Shown here: positions 1 through 12,900 of the stretch, piece after piece | How the letters are laid out: each line of letters opens with the position of its first letter | Position numbering within the stretch: position 1 is the first letter of the stretch | Source of the DNA: Larus michahellis | Taxonomy: Eukaryota | Assembly (NCBI RefSeq): GCF_964199755.1 | Contig: NC_133896.1 | Span: 203,207,471-203,271,470 of the forward strand | DNA: 64,000 bases | Direction of reading: 5' to 3' | Program-made: the position numbers and the translations under genes | The notes under the pieces: generated by a model | What the model saw: the letters and a program-made list of their open reading frames with translations, nothing else | Database searches by the model: none | What the model was told of the DNA's origin: nothing

Positions 1-2145
1 CTGATGTTCATTATAGGCTTGCTTTGTAAGCTTTGTGCTGTGACTTGATTTTAAACTTGATACAAATGCTTTTAGAAATAAATGTATAGTTCCAAAAGGA
101 TGTAGAGTAACAGAGAACTATTATTTTACAAAGGGAAAAATATCCATAGCAAGACAGGTAAGGGTAGTGTTTATTTCCACAGTATTTGGATTTTATCTCA
201 CTGGAGAGATTTTTTTTTTTCCTCCAGCCCATTAACAACCCCCCCTCTACAACCAAAAAAACCTGACCCCAAAAACCTGCAGTAGACCTTTAAATAGTAG
301 ACCTTTAATTGTTGATCTTAGCATACTCTCTCAACATTTCTCATAGAATTGCAACTTTATTTTTAACTAGCCTTTACCTGTGCCATTTGCGACTTTTCAT
401 CATGTGGGACAGTGGGGAGCTGGAGTATTTTCAGTGATGGCAACCCATCTGCGTGATAGCATTATTAGAAAGCAAGGTGCCTCTGTGACAGATTTAGTTA
501 GTGTTGGGCTGACCTGTGCAGGACCACTCATTTTCACATTGTCTTCTGCAGCAAACAATTTCTAGAATAGAATCTACATACCTCATCATAGCACTTAACC
601 AGATCTGTAATGCTAAGTGCAGCTGATAAACTTTTAAATAAGGATTTTTAAAATTTTTTTGGTAACTCTCTGTGTTAATGAGGATTATTGACTATGCCTT
701 GTTGCCAGCTGTGCCAGACGTTGGCATGTGCAGTTCAGACACTTGGCGTGTACTTTTCCAGCCCTCAAGACAGCAGAAAAAAAGACCTTTTTTTAGTGCC
801 TCTATTGTGGCATGGACACTGACTGCTTTTCATCTGTTGCTGAACCTGATCCAGTGAATTAACGGTTTACATCAGTGTCCCACCAAAAAGAACGGGCAAT
901 CGAGTGCTTAGCTCTTAAGGTCTGCTTTGAAGCTAGGAGGACCTCTGAGGTATAGCTAAAATGCCACTGTGACCTCTCGCTGAAACTCTGCAAGGCCCCA
1001 CTCTCTCCTTGTGTTACACTCCCTGGTTGTCCTCCTGTCAGAGCTGACTCTGCCTGAAATTGGCTTAATAATATAGAGGTTTGATAGCATAGGTTGCTAT
1101 ACCCCACCCTGGAAGCAGTATTGAGTGCATTTGTATGACGCGGAGGATAAGAACTTCAGTCGAAGGATAAGCATACACTACCTGTGTGAGGCCAGCTGAT
1201 TAATTAGGCTGGTAAGCAAGCCAATAACAGATAATTAAGCATTGACTGCACTAAGCACTGCCATCATGATAGTCCTGCAGAGTACTTCTAGCCTATGAAA
1301 ATAAAGGTTTATCCTTATATTGGCAGTTTAGACTTCTTTTCCTTCTATATATTTGGTCACTGAATGGATGACACCAAAAAACAGTTTTAGGACATATTCA
1401 ACTGTAATTCTCTTGAATTGCAACACAATCTTCTACCTGCTACATGAACTGATCGTGCTTGTGGCTAGGTAAGAAGCATCCAACTTGTGCATACCTTTGT
1501 TTTGGTTTAGTGTCGTAGGGAGAAGAGGTCTTGGCGTTTCTCATTACTAAGCTCAAATGAGTTCTGCTTTTCAAAATTATAGTGTTTTTCTCTATTGCTT
1601 CTAATAAACTTGCTTAGCAATTTACATGTGCTTCTGTGTTGCATGGATTGTTTTTGCTAAGCAGCTTGCAGTTGGCATAATGTATATGATCAAGCCAAGG
1701 GCTGCAATTTTAGTAGCAATATGTTGGATGCAGTGGTTTCACTGACTGCTGTGATATGTGTACTCAGGGCAGGTAATAAAGAGGCAATTTTGCATACCTG
1801 TAAATAGTCATAGTGCTGTATCTGCTAAGTTGCCTGCTTACAATGATGTACATTTATATATTCATTACTAAAGAAGTTACAGTTGTGATGAGAGGTGAGG
1901 TTGATTTTTTTTTTTATTTTAATAAAAATAACAAGTTTAGTAGTCTAGGAACACATCAGTTTTCTTGATACCGTTGTATGTTGTCATGACTTAAAATGTA
2001 GATTAGATTCCCGAGGCTTGTCTTCTTCCATTATCAAATTTTGGATGCATGTTTTTGGCTGAAAGGGGTGGGTTATCGGTGGTGGTCTGTGGAAAATGCA
2101 TCACCACCAGTCTTAAAGTTGATGATATTTCATAATAGATGGAAA

Positions 2146-2162
2146 TTATATATATATATAAT
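2146..2162. repeat. (TA)n microsatellite
   Basis: A tatatatatatata run is seen directly. Confidence 0.8.
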
Positions 2163-2972
2163 CAGACTTTTTTCTTTCTTATAACAACGTGAGAAAATGT
2201 TATGAAGGCAGTTTTACCTACCTGTTGAGTTATGTTAGTGGGTACTGGCAGAGTGGTATTTCCTAGTGCAATTTTACGGCTAAGTGATCTTCTGAAAATA
2301 TGTTTCTAAGTTCTAAGTCTACCTCTTACTGTGAATCAGAATTTTGGAGGAGAGCGTTCTGTCCCTTTCAATTCTAACAAAACTTCTCTTGGTTTTCATG
2401 TACTTTTACTATAATAAATTAAATTTCAATGCAAGATTTATTTATGTCATATTACACGTAATTTTTTGTGAAGTCGAGTGCCATCTTTGGTATTGCTTTT
2501 AGACGTTAGGCTAATACACTGTAACTCTATATACAGTTAACATAATACTGGTAGAATAGTTCTTGCAAATGTTTATTTATATGTTATGATCCCTAAAAGG
2601 TCAAGTTACCTTATAGCTGCCAATTACTGCAAAATCACTTGAGTTTTTTTGTGAATTTGTAGTGTGTATAGTGCATAGATATGCTACATGAACACTTCAA
2701 TTCCTGCACATAAGCCATACAGCTATATTTAGCTGTAAAGTTCAGGATTTTCAAATACACTTGTCAGATTGTGTAATGCAACATACCAGGGATTAATGAA
2801 AATCTGTTTAAAAGCAGATGATTGAGATAAATGTACAGTCTCAAAGAATATATTTTTTTTTATTTCAAGTATTGGAAGTTTTGTACATTTGGCTTTTTAA
2901 ATATTGTAAATTGTTTGTTTATTCTTGTAAAATTCAGATAGGACAGCTCTAAGTATAGATTGTTTTGCATAG

Positions 2973-3142
2973 ATGCGTTTAGCCCAGCACCTGCTGGTAA
3001 CCAAGGCCCTCCTCCAATGATGGGTATGAATATGAACAACAGAGGAACTTTACCTGGCCCTGCAATGGGTCCTGGTCCTTCCATGGGACCAGAAGGAGCT
3101 GCAAATATGGGAACGCCAATGATGCCAGATAATGGAACAGTG
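2973..3142 (+). CDS. PSPC1: Penultimate coding exon of a DBHS-family RNA-binding protein (PSPC1-like). It encodes a Pro/Gly/Met-rich low-complexity segment, (D)[56 protein letters not shown].
   Basis: Open frame flanked by acceptor ttttgcatag|AT and donor ACAGTG|gtaacg. The composition and sequence match the recalled PSPC1 C-terminal region. It is in-frame (phase-compatible) with the next exon at 6504. Confidence 0.7.
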
Positions 3143-6100
3143 GTAACGTATCACAAATTTAATTACTTTGAATAGCTGTCATGTCTCATGGCCCATTTCT
3201 GTTACCAAAGATATTTTCACACTCAGGAAGAACATGTTATGTGTGTTGAATCTGTTAAAAGTAATTAGTAAAACTTGTTCATGCAAATAATTTACAAGAC
3301 AGAAGGGAAATCTTTATTTAACTTACTGTGAAAATCTTGCTTCCCTTAGGAATGGGACGAGTTCTTTGATAAGTAAGCAGACTTCGAACTGATGTTAGAA
3401 TATACAGCACTTGTAGCAATACTTTATGTGTATGACCTGTCATGGAAAACTCACTGAGAGAAGGAAATCCCTTCTGTCAAATGAAGGAACATCATACCGG
3501 AGTTGTCTGTGAATTTAAGCATTTGCTGTTATTTCTTTTGTGAAATTAAATTATATATATTAGCTTGTTGGGAGTTTTGATGAACAGTTCAGTGTTAGAA
3601 GCTATGTAGTGTGAAGATATCTTTGTGTGAACTATTTAATTTTTTTAAAGCAACTTTAGTGTTTTTTCTGTTTCCTTTCTAACACTGTTGAAAGCATGAG
3701 ATTATGACAGTAATTACTCCACTTAGAAAATAAGTATGCCAACAGCTGTTAGGGATAACTGTCATATCAATACAGGAAAAATAATATTGCCCAGTTCCCA
3801 AGGGTGGTAGGGAATATCTTGTATACAACTGGAATTTTTTATCAAGAGTAGATATGCCATTGGAATGCAGTTGGAGCACTAGCCATTTTTGCTCTGTTCT
3901 CATAGCCAGTCATTTTTCCTAGCTGTAATGTCTTACGTAGAGAAACAACTGTATATTTTGAACCTGATTTTTACATAGTTTTCAGTATTGTTCTCTAAAT
4001 GGATATTTGGGATGGTCTAGTGGTGGTGTGATATAAAGGAGTATATAGTATAACCAGTGATTCCATTATAGTTTTATTGGAACACAGAAGCATTTTATAG
4101 CAGTATTTTTTTTTATACATGCCTTTTCAACAGTATCCATCTGCATTTGAGCAATCTGTATAATGAATCATGGACAAAATCCTTTGTTACTTAGAGGAAA
4201 ATGAGATTTTGATTGAGCACAAAATACCTAATGAGTCTGGTCTTTTATCAGTTAAAGGAGAGGATCTCACTTCGCATCATAGGAGCCAGCTCATTTTATC
4301 AGTCGTTATCACAAAACTGGTGGTGAGGGGGGGTGGGGCAAGGGGGAGGAAATGCTTTTCACAAAATACTGTTTTCAGAGATGCTTTTGCTGGAGACCAC
4401 TGTGTTACTGGTCACCTCTGAAACATTCTCTTGTGATTATATAGACACTGGAAAAGAGGTGTAAGGAAAAGAACGTGGTATTGTAAATCATCGTATCTAT
4501 CTCAAACTGTTGTTTTTCTACAAAAAGTCATTCCAGGTATGGAAATGTAGAGAATATACTGACACTTCAAAGTCTATGTCTTAAAAAAAATATTTTTTTT
4601 ACTTCCATTTTCTTCTGCACACTACTGAAGGACAAATTAGATGGATTTTTTGCCTTTTTATTTTTTTTTTTCATTTTGGACTTTCAAAGCTTTTAATTTG
4701 GAGGGCAGGTCCCTACAGAAAGGCATAGCCTTATTGTATTTTTCCAGTTGTTGGAAAAACACTTTAAAGATCCTTTGAGGGCTGTCTGCTAAACCACTGT
4801 AAGAGTTAATTTCAGTTTCCAATGAAGGAAATGGAGAATATGCTTTATAGACCAGAAATATGGTTTTTATTTTTTAAATCTGATGTTTTTCGGAAGTCTT
4901 TTAGGGGAAAGTTGGAGTAATAGTCTTTTTGTTCCACTGCTGTCTTTTGAAATGTATTATCTTTGAACATTTTAAAAATAGCTTTTTTTTTTTCCCCCCC
5001 ATACTTTATTGTAGATAGCTAATTCCTGCAGTTTTCTCATTAGCTGGAGAGAGGGGTCCTTGTTGGAAAGAGGACTTGACTTTTTGTCCAAAAGTCAAAT
5101 GGTAAAAATTATCAGGAGAATGTGATAAGCTGTTTGTTGAAATTCATATCCATTGCTAACAATCTGGCATGAGTTAAAGATATTTTTTTTAATAATTTTT
5201 CACCAGTGCTGCAGATTTTTAGGTACGTTGGGGCAGTAGTAGATCTTTATGCAGTTTTTGAAGTAACTTTTTTCTTATTCAATGTCAAATTTTAAACAAT
5301 GCACATATATACAAACGTGATCTAAGATATATATTTTTATCTGTACAGATATAATGCTATTTTAATATATATACACGAATTAACAGACATTAGAACTGTT
5401 GAGCTCTACTGCTATTACTGGAGTTACACTTTCAGAAGAATTCTTCTCTGATTTGGGCATATAAATAAAGCGCTAGTCTTGAATGCTTTTGTCAAACTCT
5501 GAATACCTGGGCAGTTAATGTAGATCTTTGTACAAAAGGATTTCTTCTGAAAGCATAACTGTGCTCAGCAGGTGAATGGTGAGTTATTTCAAGATATGAC
5601 TGTACCATATATCTGTGCTTTTAACGGTTTATGTTATATTGAGTTAATGTTTTAAATTTCATAATGTGGGGTTCTATTTTTAAACACTTGCATAAATACT
5701 GAACTATAAGTGCTCAGATGCATGTTTTCTGGTTTAGGTCTTAATTGCTATAGCTAATAAATCTGTGTAAGCACATATACCTTTATTAATATCAGGCACA
5801 GAACTAATGAAAATAAACATGGAACATTAACTGGATTTTCATATTATATTGTTAATTCAGATGAAGCTTTAGATATAAAGTTGTTTTTAAACTAAGCGTA
5901 GTGCAGTTATGCATTTTGTCACTAGCTGTGTCAGTTTATTTGGACTGAGTTTTGAAAGTCTTAACTAAATATTCCTAGTGCCATACAAAAGGCTGACTCC
6001 AGGTATATCCACAGCTATATAAATCTTCAGGTTATATTGCTATTAAGACAATAAACCTGCAGTCTCTAGAAATACAAAGCTGGGGGTTTTTTTTCCTAGT

Positions 6101-6503
6101 TTGACAATGTTTCTGTGTCTTAATTTATTTAAGGGAGAAGCATTGTAGTTGGTACATGAGGCAGAATAGGGCTCAGGTATAAAATTATTGTTTGCTGTCT
6201 CTTCTGTTACATAGAGAATATGTATTGCTTCAGTCATGCTTGAAAGGATGAAGCTACATTCAGCACCAGAGTTGATCTTAATACTGAAGTTTTTAATTTT
6301 TAATTTACTTTACAAAGTTGGAGCATAACATTAGCACTCTTTAATTTCTAGCTCTTCTTCCATAATAACTAATTCAATTGCTCCTTTCTTCCCTCTATGT
6401 GTGATCCTGATTCTGCTGGACTATCTGCTGAACTTCATGACATCACCACTTGTGGTTTTTGTTGTAACTCACATTTGGCCTGTTCCAAATGGACTTGTAT
6501 TAG

Positions 6504-6689
6504 CATAATGAGAGATTCCCTCAAGGAGGTCCATCACAGATGGGTTCACCTCTGGTTAGTAGAACGGGCTCTGAAACTCCTCAGCCTCCAATGAGTGGTG
6601 TAGGTGCCGTGAGTGGTGGACCTGGTGGCTTTGGTAGAGGAAACCCAGGGGGCAACTTTGAAGGACCTAACAAGCGTCGCAGATACTAA
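6504..6689 (+). CDS. PSPC1: Terminal coding exon of the PSPC1-like gene: [61 protein letters not shown], with TAA stop at 6687-6689.
   Basis: Acceptor ttgtattag|CAT. The translation ends ...[12 protein letters not shown], the characteristic NONO/PSPC1 C-terminus, and the [12 protein letters not shown] version fits PSPC1. Convergent placement relative to MPHOSPH8 matches the gene order recalled from mammals. Confidence 0.75.
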   Translation, partial: HNERFPQGGPSQMGSPLVSRTGSETPQPPMSGVGAVSGGPGGFGRGNPGGNFEGPNKRRRY

Positions 6690-6953
6690 AACTTATTTCA
6701 TTCCTTACTGTTTAGAAATTCCAGTAAAACTATACAGTGATATGCCTTTATAATTTTAGCTGTTACCTGGAAACGGTTTTATTGTTATTGTAGTCTTTAA
6801 AACAGTTTCTTTTGTAAAACTTTTTTTGTATTCAGTCATAGGCTTTGTAGTCTAGAGAAGAAATGATGCGGATCATTATGTAAGGCAATGTGTTTGTGAC
6901 TAGCAAAATACAATGTGTGACTATGCTGTAAAACGTGCAGTTAACTGGTTACA

Positions 6954-6959
6954 ATAAAA
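6954..6959 (+). promoter_or_regulatory. AATAAA candidate polyadenylation signal about 265 nt downstream of the PSPC1-like stop codon.
   Basis: The hexamer is seen in sequence. Assigning it to this transcript is inference. Confidence 0.3.
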
Positions 6960-9900
6960 TATAAAAATAACTTGAAAGGATTTTGGGAATGTTATTACTA
7001 ATACTGGGTGAGAATAATTTTACGATTAATTATAAGTGGCATAATTTTCATTCTTATGTAGTTTCTACTGTGTGTCAAGAAGGCTCCATTCTTAATAGTA
7101 ATTCTTTTTACTGCATGTTGCAGTATGCAGTGTACTATGAACAATTTATAACACAACTGCTTTTGTTTTGACTTTTGAAGAGCATCAAATTTTATACAAA
7201 GTGTTCTCAAGGATACTGTGTCCATGCATCTCAGTCTCCCTTTGGAAACTTAGTCACAATAAGCTCATCAACCGAGTATATCTGTTACTCAGATTATTGG
7301 AAAACATAACTTGGGGGGAAAAAACACCCCACCTTTGGAGAGGAATCTGTATGTATGCTTTATTCATAACAGTATGAATGAATTTACCTAAACCATATTT
7401 CTACAAAAGAAAAATTGTTGTCATCTGTGTGTTCAACTGATCGTTAAAGTATCTTGCCGTTGCAAGGGAGGAGACATTTGTGCGAGCTGGTTTAAAGCCT
7501 TCCACTGTGTAATGCATTATTATAAGTATACGTTTCCCCTCGTGGTTGGTTTGAATAGAAGCAAGTCTGTTACTAATTATTAACTGTTTAATTAGGAGGC
7601 AAGTACATGTTTTTCCATTAAAATAATTGTTCATTTATAGTAGAGTAATATGCATTTAGAAGGATTGCACATGAGTATTCTTGATAAGTGTTTTACAAAA
7701 GGATGAATTTGAAAAATACGCTTTTCCAACACAACTTAGGCTAGATTTGCTGATTGAGTCTTAAGATAAAACTGATGATAAAGCTAATAAAAAGCTTATT
7801 ATGATTCAGATTTTGTCAGTCCTGGAAGATGATGGAAAAGACCTATTGGTTCTATTCCTGTAATGGCAAGAAAGTAGGAATACTTTTGGTTAGTATTGCT
7901 TTTTTCCTGTGCAAAATAGTTGTAAAACATTAGTGTTCTGTTTTTATTAGTTCACTCACATTTTCAGAAATAGAAATTTCTAAAATTTATCTGCATGAAT
8001 AATGATACTAAATTTACTAAAAACTGATTTTGAGATAACATGGTGCCCTAATTGTATCGAAATTGTATGTACATAGCTCAAAGCATGGGATGCAAACAGC
8101 AGAGAGAGTATGTGTGCGTTACTTCTTAACATAGCAGTGATGGTGAACTGAATTGTGAGCAAATGGGTAGCAGGAAAATTGTGGCATTGCTGGCATTTTG
8201 GAAATACACTTACTTAGTTTTCCAGTGTTATATGGCTTAAAATAGAGATTGTTTTCATACAATTCAGGAGTTATCACATGTGACGTTTGTAACTACTAAG
8301 CATTTTCCTCTAGACTGTCTTTAATGTTGCCCCCTTTTGCTCGACTTGAGATAGGTGCTACACTTTATAGTTTGTAATGCAAGAGTGAGTTAGGTTTAAA
8401 GTCTGAAATATTCTTTCTCCTACTTCATATATGTATCACGTTACAGCACTAAATCTTCCAAAAAAACCCCACAACTGGTTTTACTTAGCCCACTGTTCCT
8501 AAAGCTCAACATTTGGGAAAATAGCTGTTTTTTCAGTAGGTATAAACTAGTGTTTGCATATAGCAATTACTTAAACTCTCTGCTTTGGTGTACTGTGTTC
8601 AGTTGAAAATGCAGTTTACATCAGTGTCTAGTAAGGTGACTAGGTTACTTCTATCTCACATTTTCTGCCCTTGTACATGGCGTTTTTTTATGGGGATTGA
8701 GAAAGTACTGGTGTGAGTTGGTAATTCTGAACTGTAAAGCTGAAAGGGGAACGTGTTTTAAATGTAACTTGAACTAGATTCAAGAGGTCTGTTCAGTTTT
8801 TCAGAGGAAAGGGCTGTGTTTTTCAGTCCTTTTGGCTAACTACTGTAGATTTGTTTAGATATATACAACCTCATCCTTGTAGTATCTGAGTCTGTTTCAG
8901 AAGTATATTAAAAACACCAAATCTGCAAAAAGCGGTTTGTTCTTTGTTGCCAACCTCATGCTATTTTAAGTGCATCTTTGTTGCGCTGCATTTTTGCTAG
9001 CAAGCAGATGTATGTATGTATATGAAAGTTATTTTAGATTTTAATTAATATTAGTGATTTTCATTCTACAGTTGTGAGCTACCTTCTTGTAAAACTTGAC
9101 TTGGATGGCTCTGCTGCATGGTAGCAGTGGATTTGTATGCTGTCCTTATTGCAGAAAATCACCTCATCTCTTTTTAAATATCCATGAACCACACCTTGAA
9201 GTCCTAAAAAATAAATACTGAAATGTTGAATTTGGGCACATTTTAAAGATTTCTTGAAGAATTCCTATTGTAGCTGATGACAGGCTCCCAAATTCTGCTC
9301 TTCCTGAAAGCTTTCTTAGGGCTGTCTCTCCATATTGATTGTATACAGCTCAGCTGTAAAGGCAGTGATTTTCGTTTTGCCGTATGTCGTAGTAACTGAC
9401 TGTAACTATAAGATAAAAACATAATTTTGTTAGAAAAGGAATGGTCCCAATTTGATTCATAAAAATGGTATGTAGATACAGCCAAGGAGAGTTTTTGCTT
9501 GAAAGTGCTGCCCATATGCTGGAAGCGGTTAATTTTTCTTGTTTGTCTTCTGGCCAATTAGTCTTATCATTTTTTCTGTGTATACATATGCTTAAGTTTT
9601 TAACTGTCTTTGGTTGGTTTGACTAGAAAGCGTAGTGAAGTCCTCACTCTTTCTGCTATATACTGTGGTAAAACAAATAAGCTTGGAAAGGATATGAAGT
9701 TGACAACTACAGTGGACTTAGTTTTGGTTGTACTTACTGAGTTTTTAAGTTATTCCTGAAATTTCAGACTAAACTGCTTAATTTTCATGTGAGATACAAT
9801 TTTAATACTTAAAGATAGCAAAACTTTCCTATTTAAGTGAAAACAAACAAAAATAACCCACCACCAGAATCCAGCTTGTCTAACTGCATTTGCATTTATC

Positions 9901-12900
9901 ACCTCAGTCATTTGAAGGGGAGTGACTTGGCACTTGAAAAAAGTTAAATTCCTTTTGGTTGTGATTTAATTTCTTTGTATTTCTGTCCATTGTGCTCATT
10001 AGGTAAAGCACATTGATATCTTGGGAAACCTGGTGGCGGTTCAAATATATTTAACTATTTATTTCCTAAGAAAAATACAAATTACTGTCGATTACCTAGA
10101 AAGAAAATTCCTGACTCTAACTTGTTGTATTTGTTGTCCACATCTATTTTATCCATTTGGACATAAAGATACAATAAACTGGAGATTCTTATTAGAACAA
10201 AAGGTTATAATAGATGGCAAGAAGACAACAAGAACTAAATGTTATGTTAATTTAATTTTAACCATAATGCAAGAGGATTTTATAGTGTGCATTCTTTGAG
10301 GAGCATTCTGGTCTAAAGTATACTGTCATATTTTAAAATATTATACCAAGTTCATTTTTCCCATTTGATTTCCACTTTTGATTTCAGATTTTAACTTGAA
10401 AAATAGAATAATCTATAATTACAGATTCTTTTGAAAGGTACTAAATACAAATGCACTGACTTGTATGAAGTACTGACTGTTAAATGGTCATAATCTGCCT
10501 TGAAATAATTTGTATAAAAAATGCTGAAATAACCAATCTAAAGGAAGATTCTCAAGTTAAAACCAGAACCCCCTAGGCCTTCTGAAGGGAGAAGATGCTT
10601 TGAGGGCAAATGAGTAGTGTGCTCTGATGGCATGAAGCTCATTTTACTTAAGCATGTTGTGGAAACTAATTTTTTTGCATAATTCTTAATATTTATCTTT
10701 TTTAATAACAAGTTGGATCATAATTCTTCCCTTCTTGGTGAAGACAATTCAAAATAAACGGCAATTGAACTATTAAAATGGTAGGAGAGGCTGGGTAGCA
10801 ACTGATGGGGTCAGTTTACATTGGACCGCAAACATGAATGGTTTCTCAGTCCCATTCCTGAGACTTAGTGGTGCATATCCATAGGTGGTTTTATGGAGTC
10901 TGCATCCAGCATCTCCTGTTAGCTTGTGCTTGGGGACAAGACTTGGGAGAGCATGTATTTCAAATGCAATTTAATTGTCTTCTCAGGAGCCCTCAATTTA
11001 TTAATTTGGGCACTGTGCTGTCATTAAGATGCAGAACCATCTTGGATTTGGTGCTTTCCTCTCTTAGCTCACTTCTAGATTGAGGCAATACCAGTCCACA
11101 AACTTCCCCAATTCCTAAACAATGAGGTGGGAGTGAGTGTGTCCTATAAAAAATACAGAGGTTGAACATTACTCCTTTAGAATATTGGCTGTCCAGTGCT
11201 AGTTTAGTGGCAAATGTTGGACTGCATTAACCCAAAAACATTTGCCCTCTTAAAAACCCATTCAATGACATGTGAGAATTTAATAACAATAGAAGGATTG
11301 ACTAAAAACTCAGGTATAATTTTTCCCATTGGATTAGCTTTTTTGTTGCCTTTTGGGATATAGCATAAAATGTACTTAGTCTTAGTAGGTGGCTTTACCA
11401 ATGACGTTTTGCTGGTAAGAAGAAACCTGTTTTATTAATAGTTTTGGGGTTTTCCCCATAAAATATTTAAAAATCATATCTGTAGGCATTTTGAGGTTTG
11501 TTTTCACAGTAATACATTAAATACTCAAGTTTACCAAAATTATCTATGTCTAAAAGGTAAGTTGTAGAAAAGATAAACTGAATATTGAATTTTCATGAAA
11601 ACAATACTTTTGATAATTTTAAATGCATGGAAACAAGCCCTCAATGTGTTCATTTTCAGTGGGATAGATTTAAATAGGTCTTTTCCATCTTGAACTTCCT
11701 TAAGCTACTATGAAAATTAATATAATTGAAATTTGGAGATATTCATATTAATGACCTCAGACTGACTTCTAAAAGGAGTAAGAGATGAGTTTATTCAGAA
11801 AAGCAGTTTAGAACAGCAACCATTTTTTCCTAATTGAAGGAACTATTCAGAAAAGTTTAAGTTCAGAGATAAGCATAGCATACTTATTTATGGGTAAAAC
11901 TATTTAAAAAAACCTCTTTCATATAATGATTATTTTATACCCAAGTCAAGTTAAAAGAAAAAAAAAATTCTTTGTAAATGTGGGTAAAAGCTAATTGATT
12001 TGTATGTAGTCCCTCAAATAGAGGACAAAATGCTTATAAGAGGTATGAGATTCAAAAGGAACTTAACTGTGTTACTGCGTACGTGTGTTGATAAGTTTTT
12101 TCCATTTGTTTTGGTAAATGGTTTATCTAGAGCTTCTATTGTTCCTAGTTTTGCTAGTGTGCTTTTATATCGTATTTTCTGTAGAGTAAAGCATAGCTGT
12201 ATAATTTGATTGAATTTACATGTGAACTGTATGTGGGACTTCAAGTGCTTGACTGGAAAGAAGCACAGTGAGAATAAAGATACTGTTCTTGCCTTCAATT
12301 TCTCAGTAAAAAAAAAAAAGTTACATAGAGCCTTGAACAGGAATAAGCATGAAAGATCCTGTATGTGAATTAAAAAAAGATGGGAGAGGGGGAATAAAGT
12401 AACATATTAAAAATGGGAGAAACGTGGTTTAATTTTATGTCTATAGCAGATTCACAAAAATAACTTTTATGCATGTTAAATGTGAAAAGCACAAAATAAC
12501 TAATTTTTAATGGAAAAGATGGAAATACTGGTTACATTAGTATGTTGGATTTTTTTAAACTTTGAGTTTAGTATTGTGAAGATAGCCAAAGAATATCAGA
12601 AAAACTGAAATGAATTAATGTTCTGTAAAATTTTAATATTCATGGGATGTAGGGTGGGGTCACCGCAGTTGAATGTTTCTTCTGTGTTGTTATGAAATTG
12701 TTCTGTCGGACTTGGTTTTGGTGGCTGAATACAGCAACTGTATACAGCGTACACACCTCATGTCGTAAGTATGAAACAGCTGATTTTAAGATTGTTAGCC
12801 TCTCATCAAACCAGTGAGAATCCAGTCTTAAACTTGTGTCACAGCCACAGAAGCACCAAACAGAAGATTGTGTAAAGGAAAATAAAATAGTGGATATTTT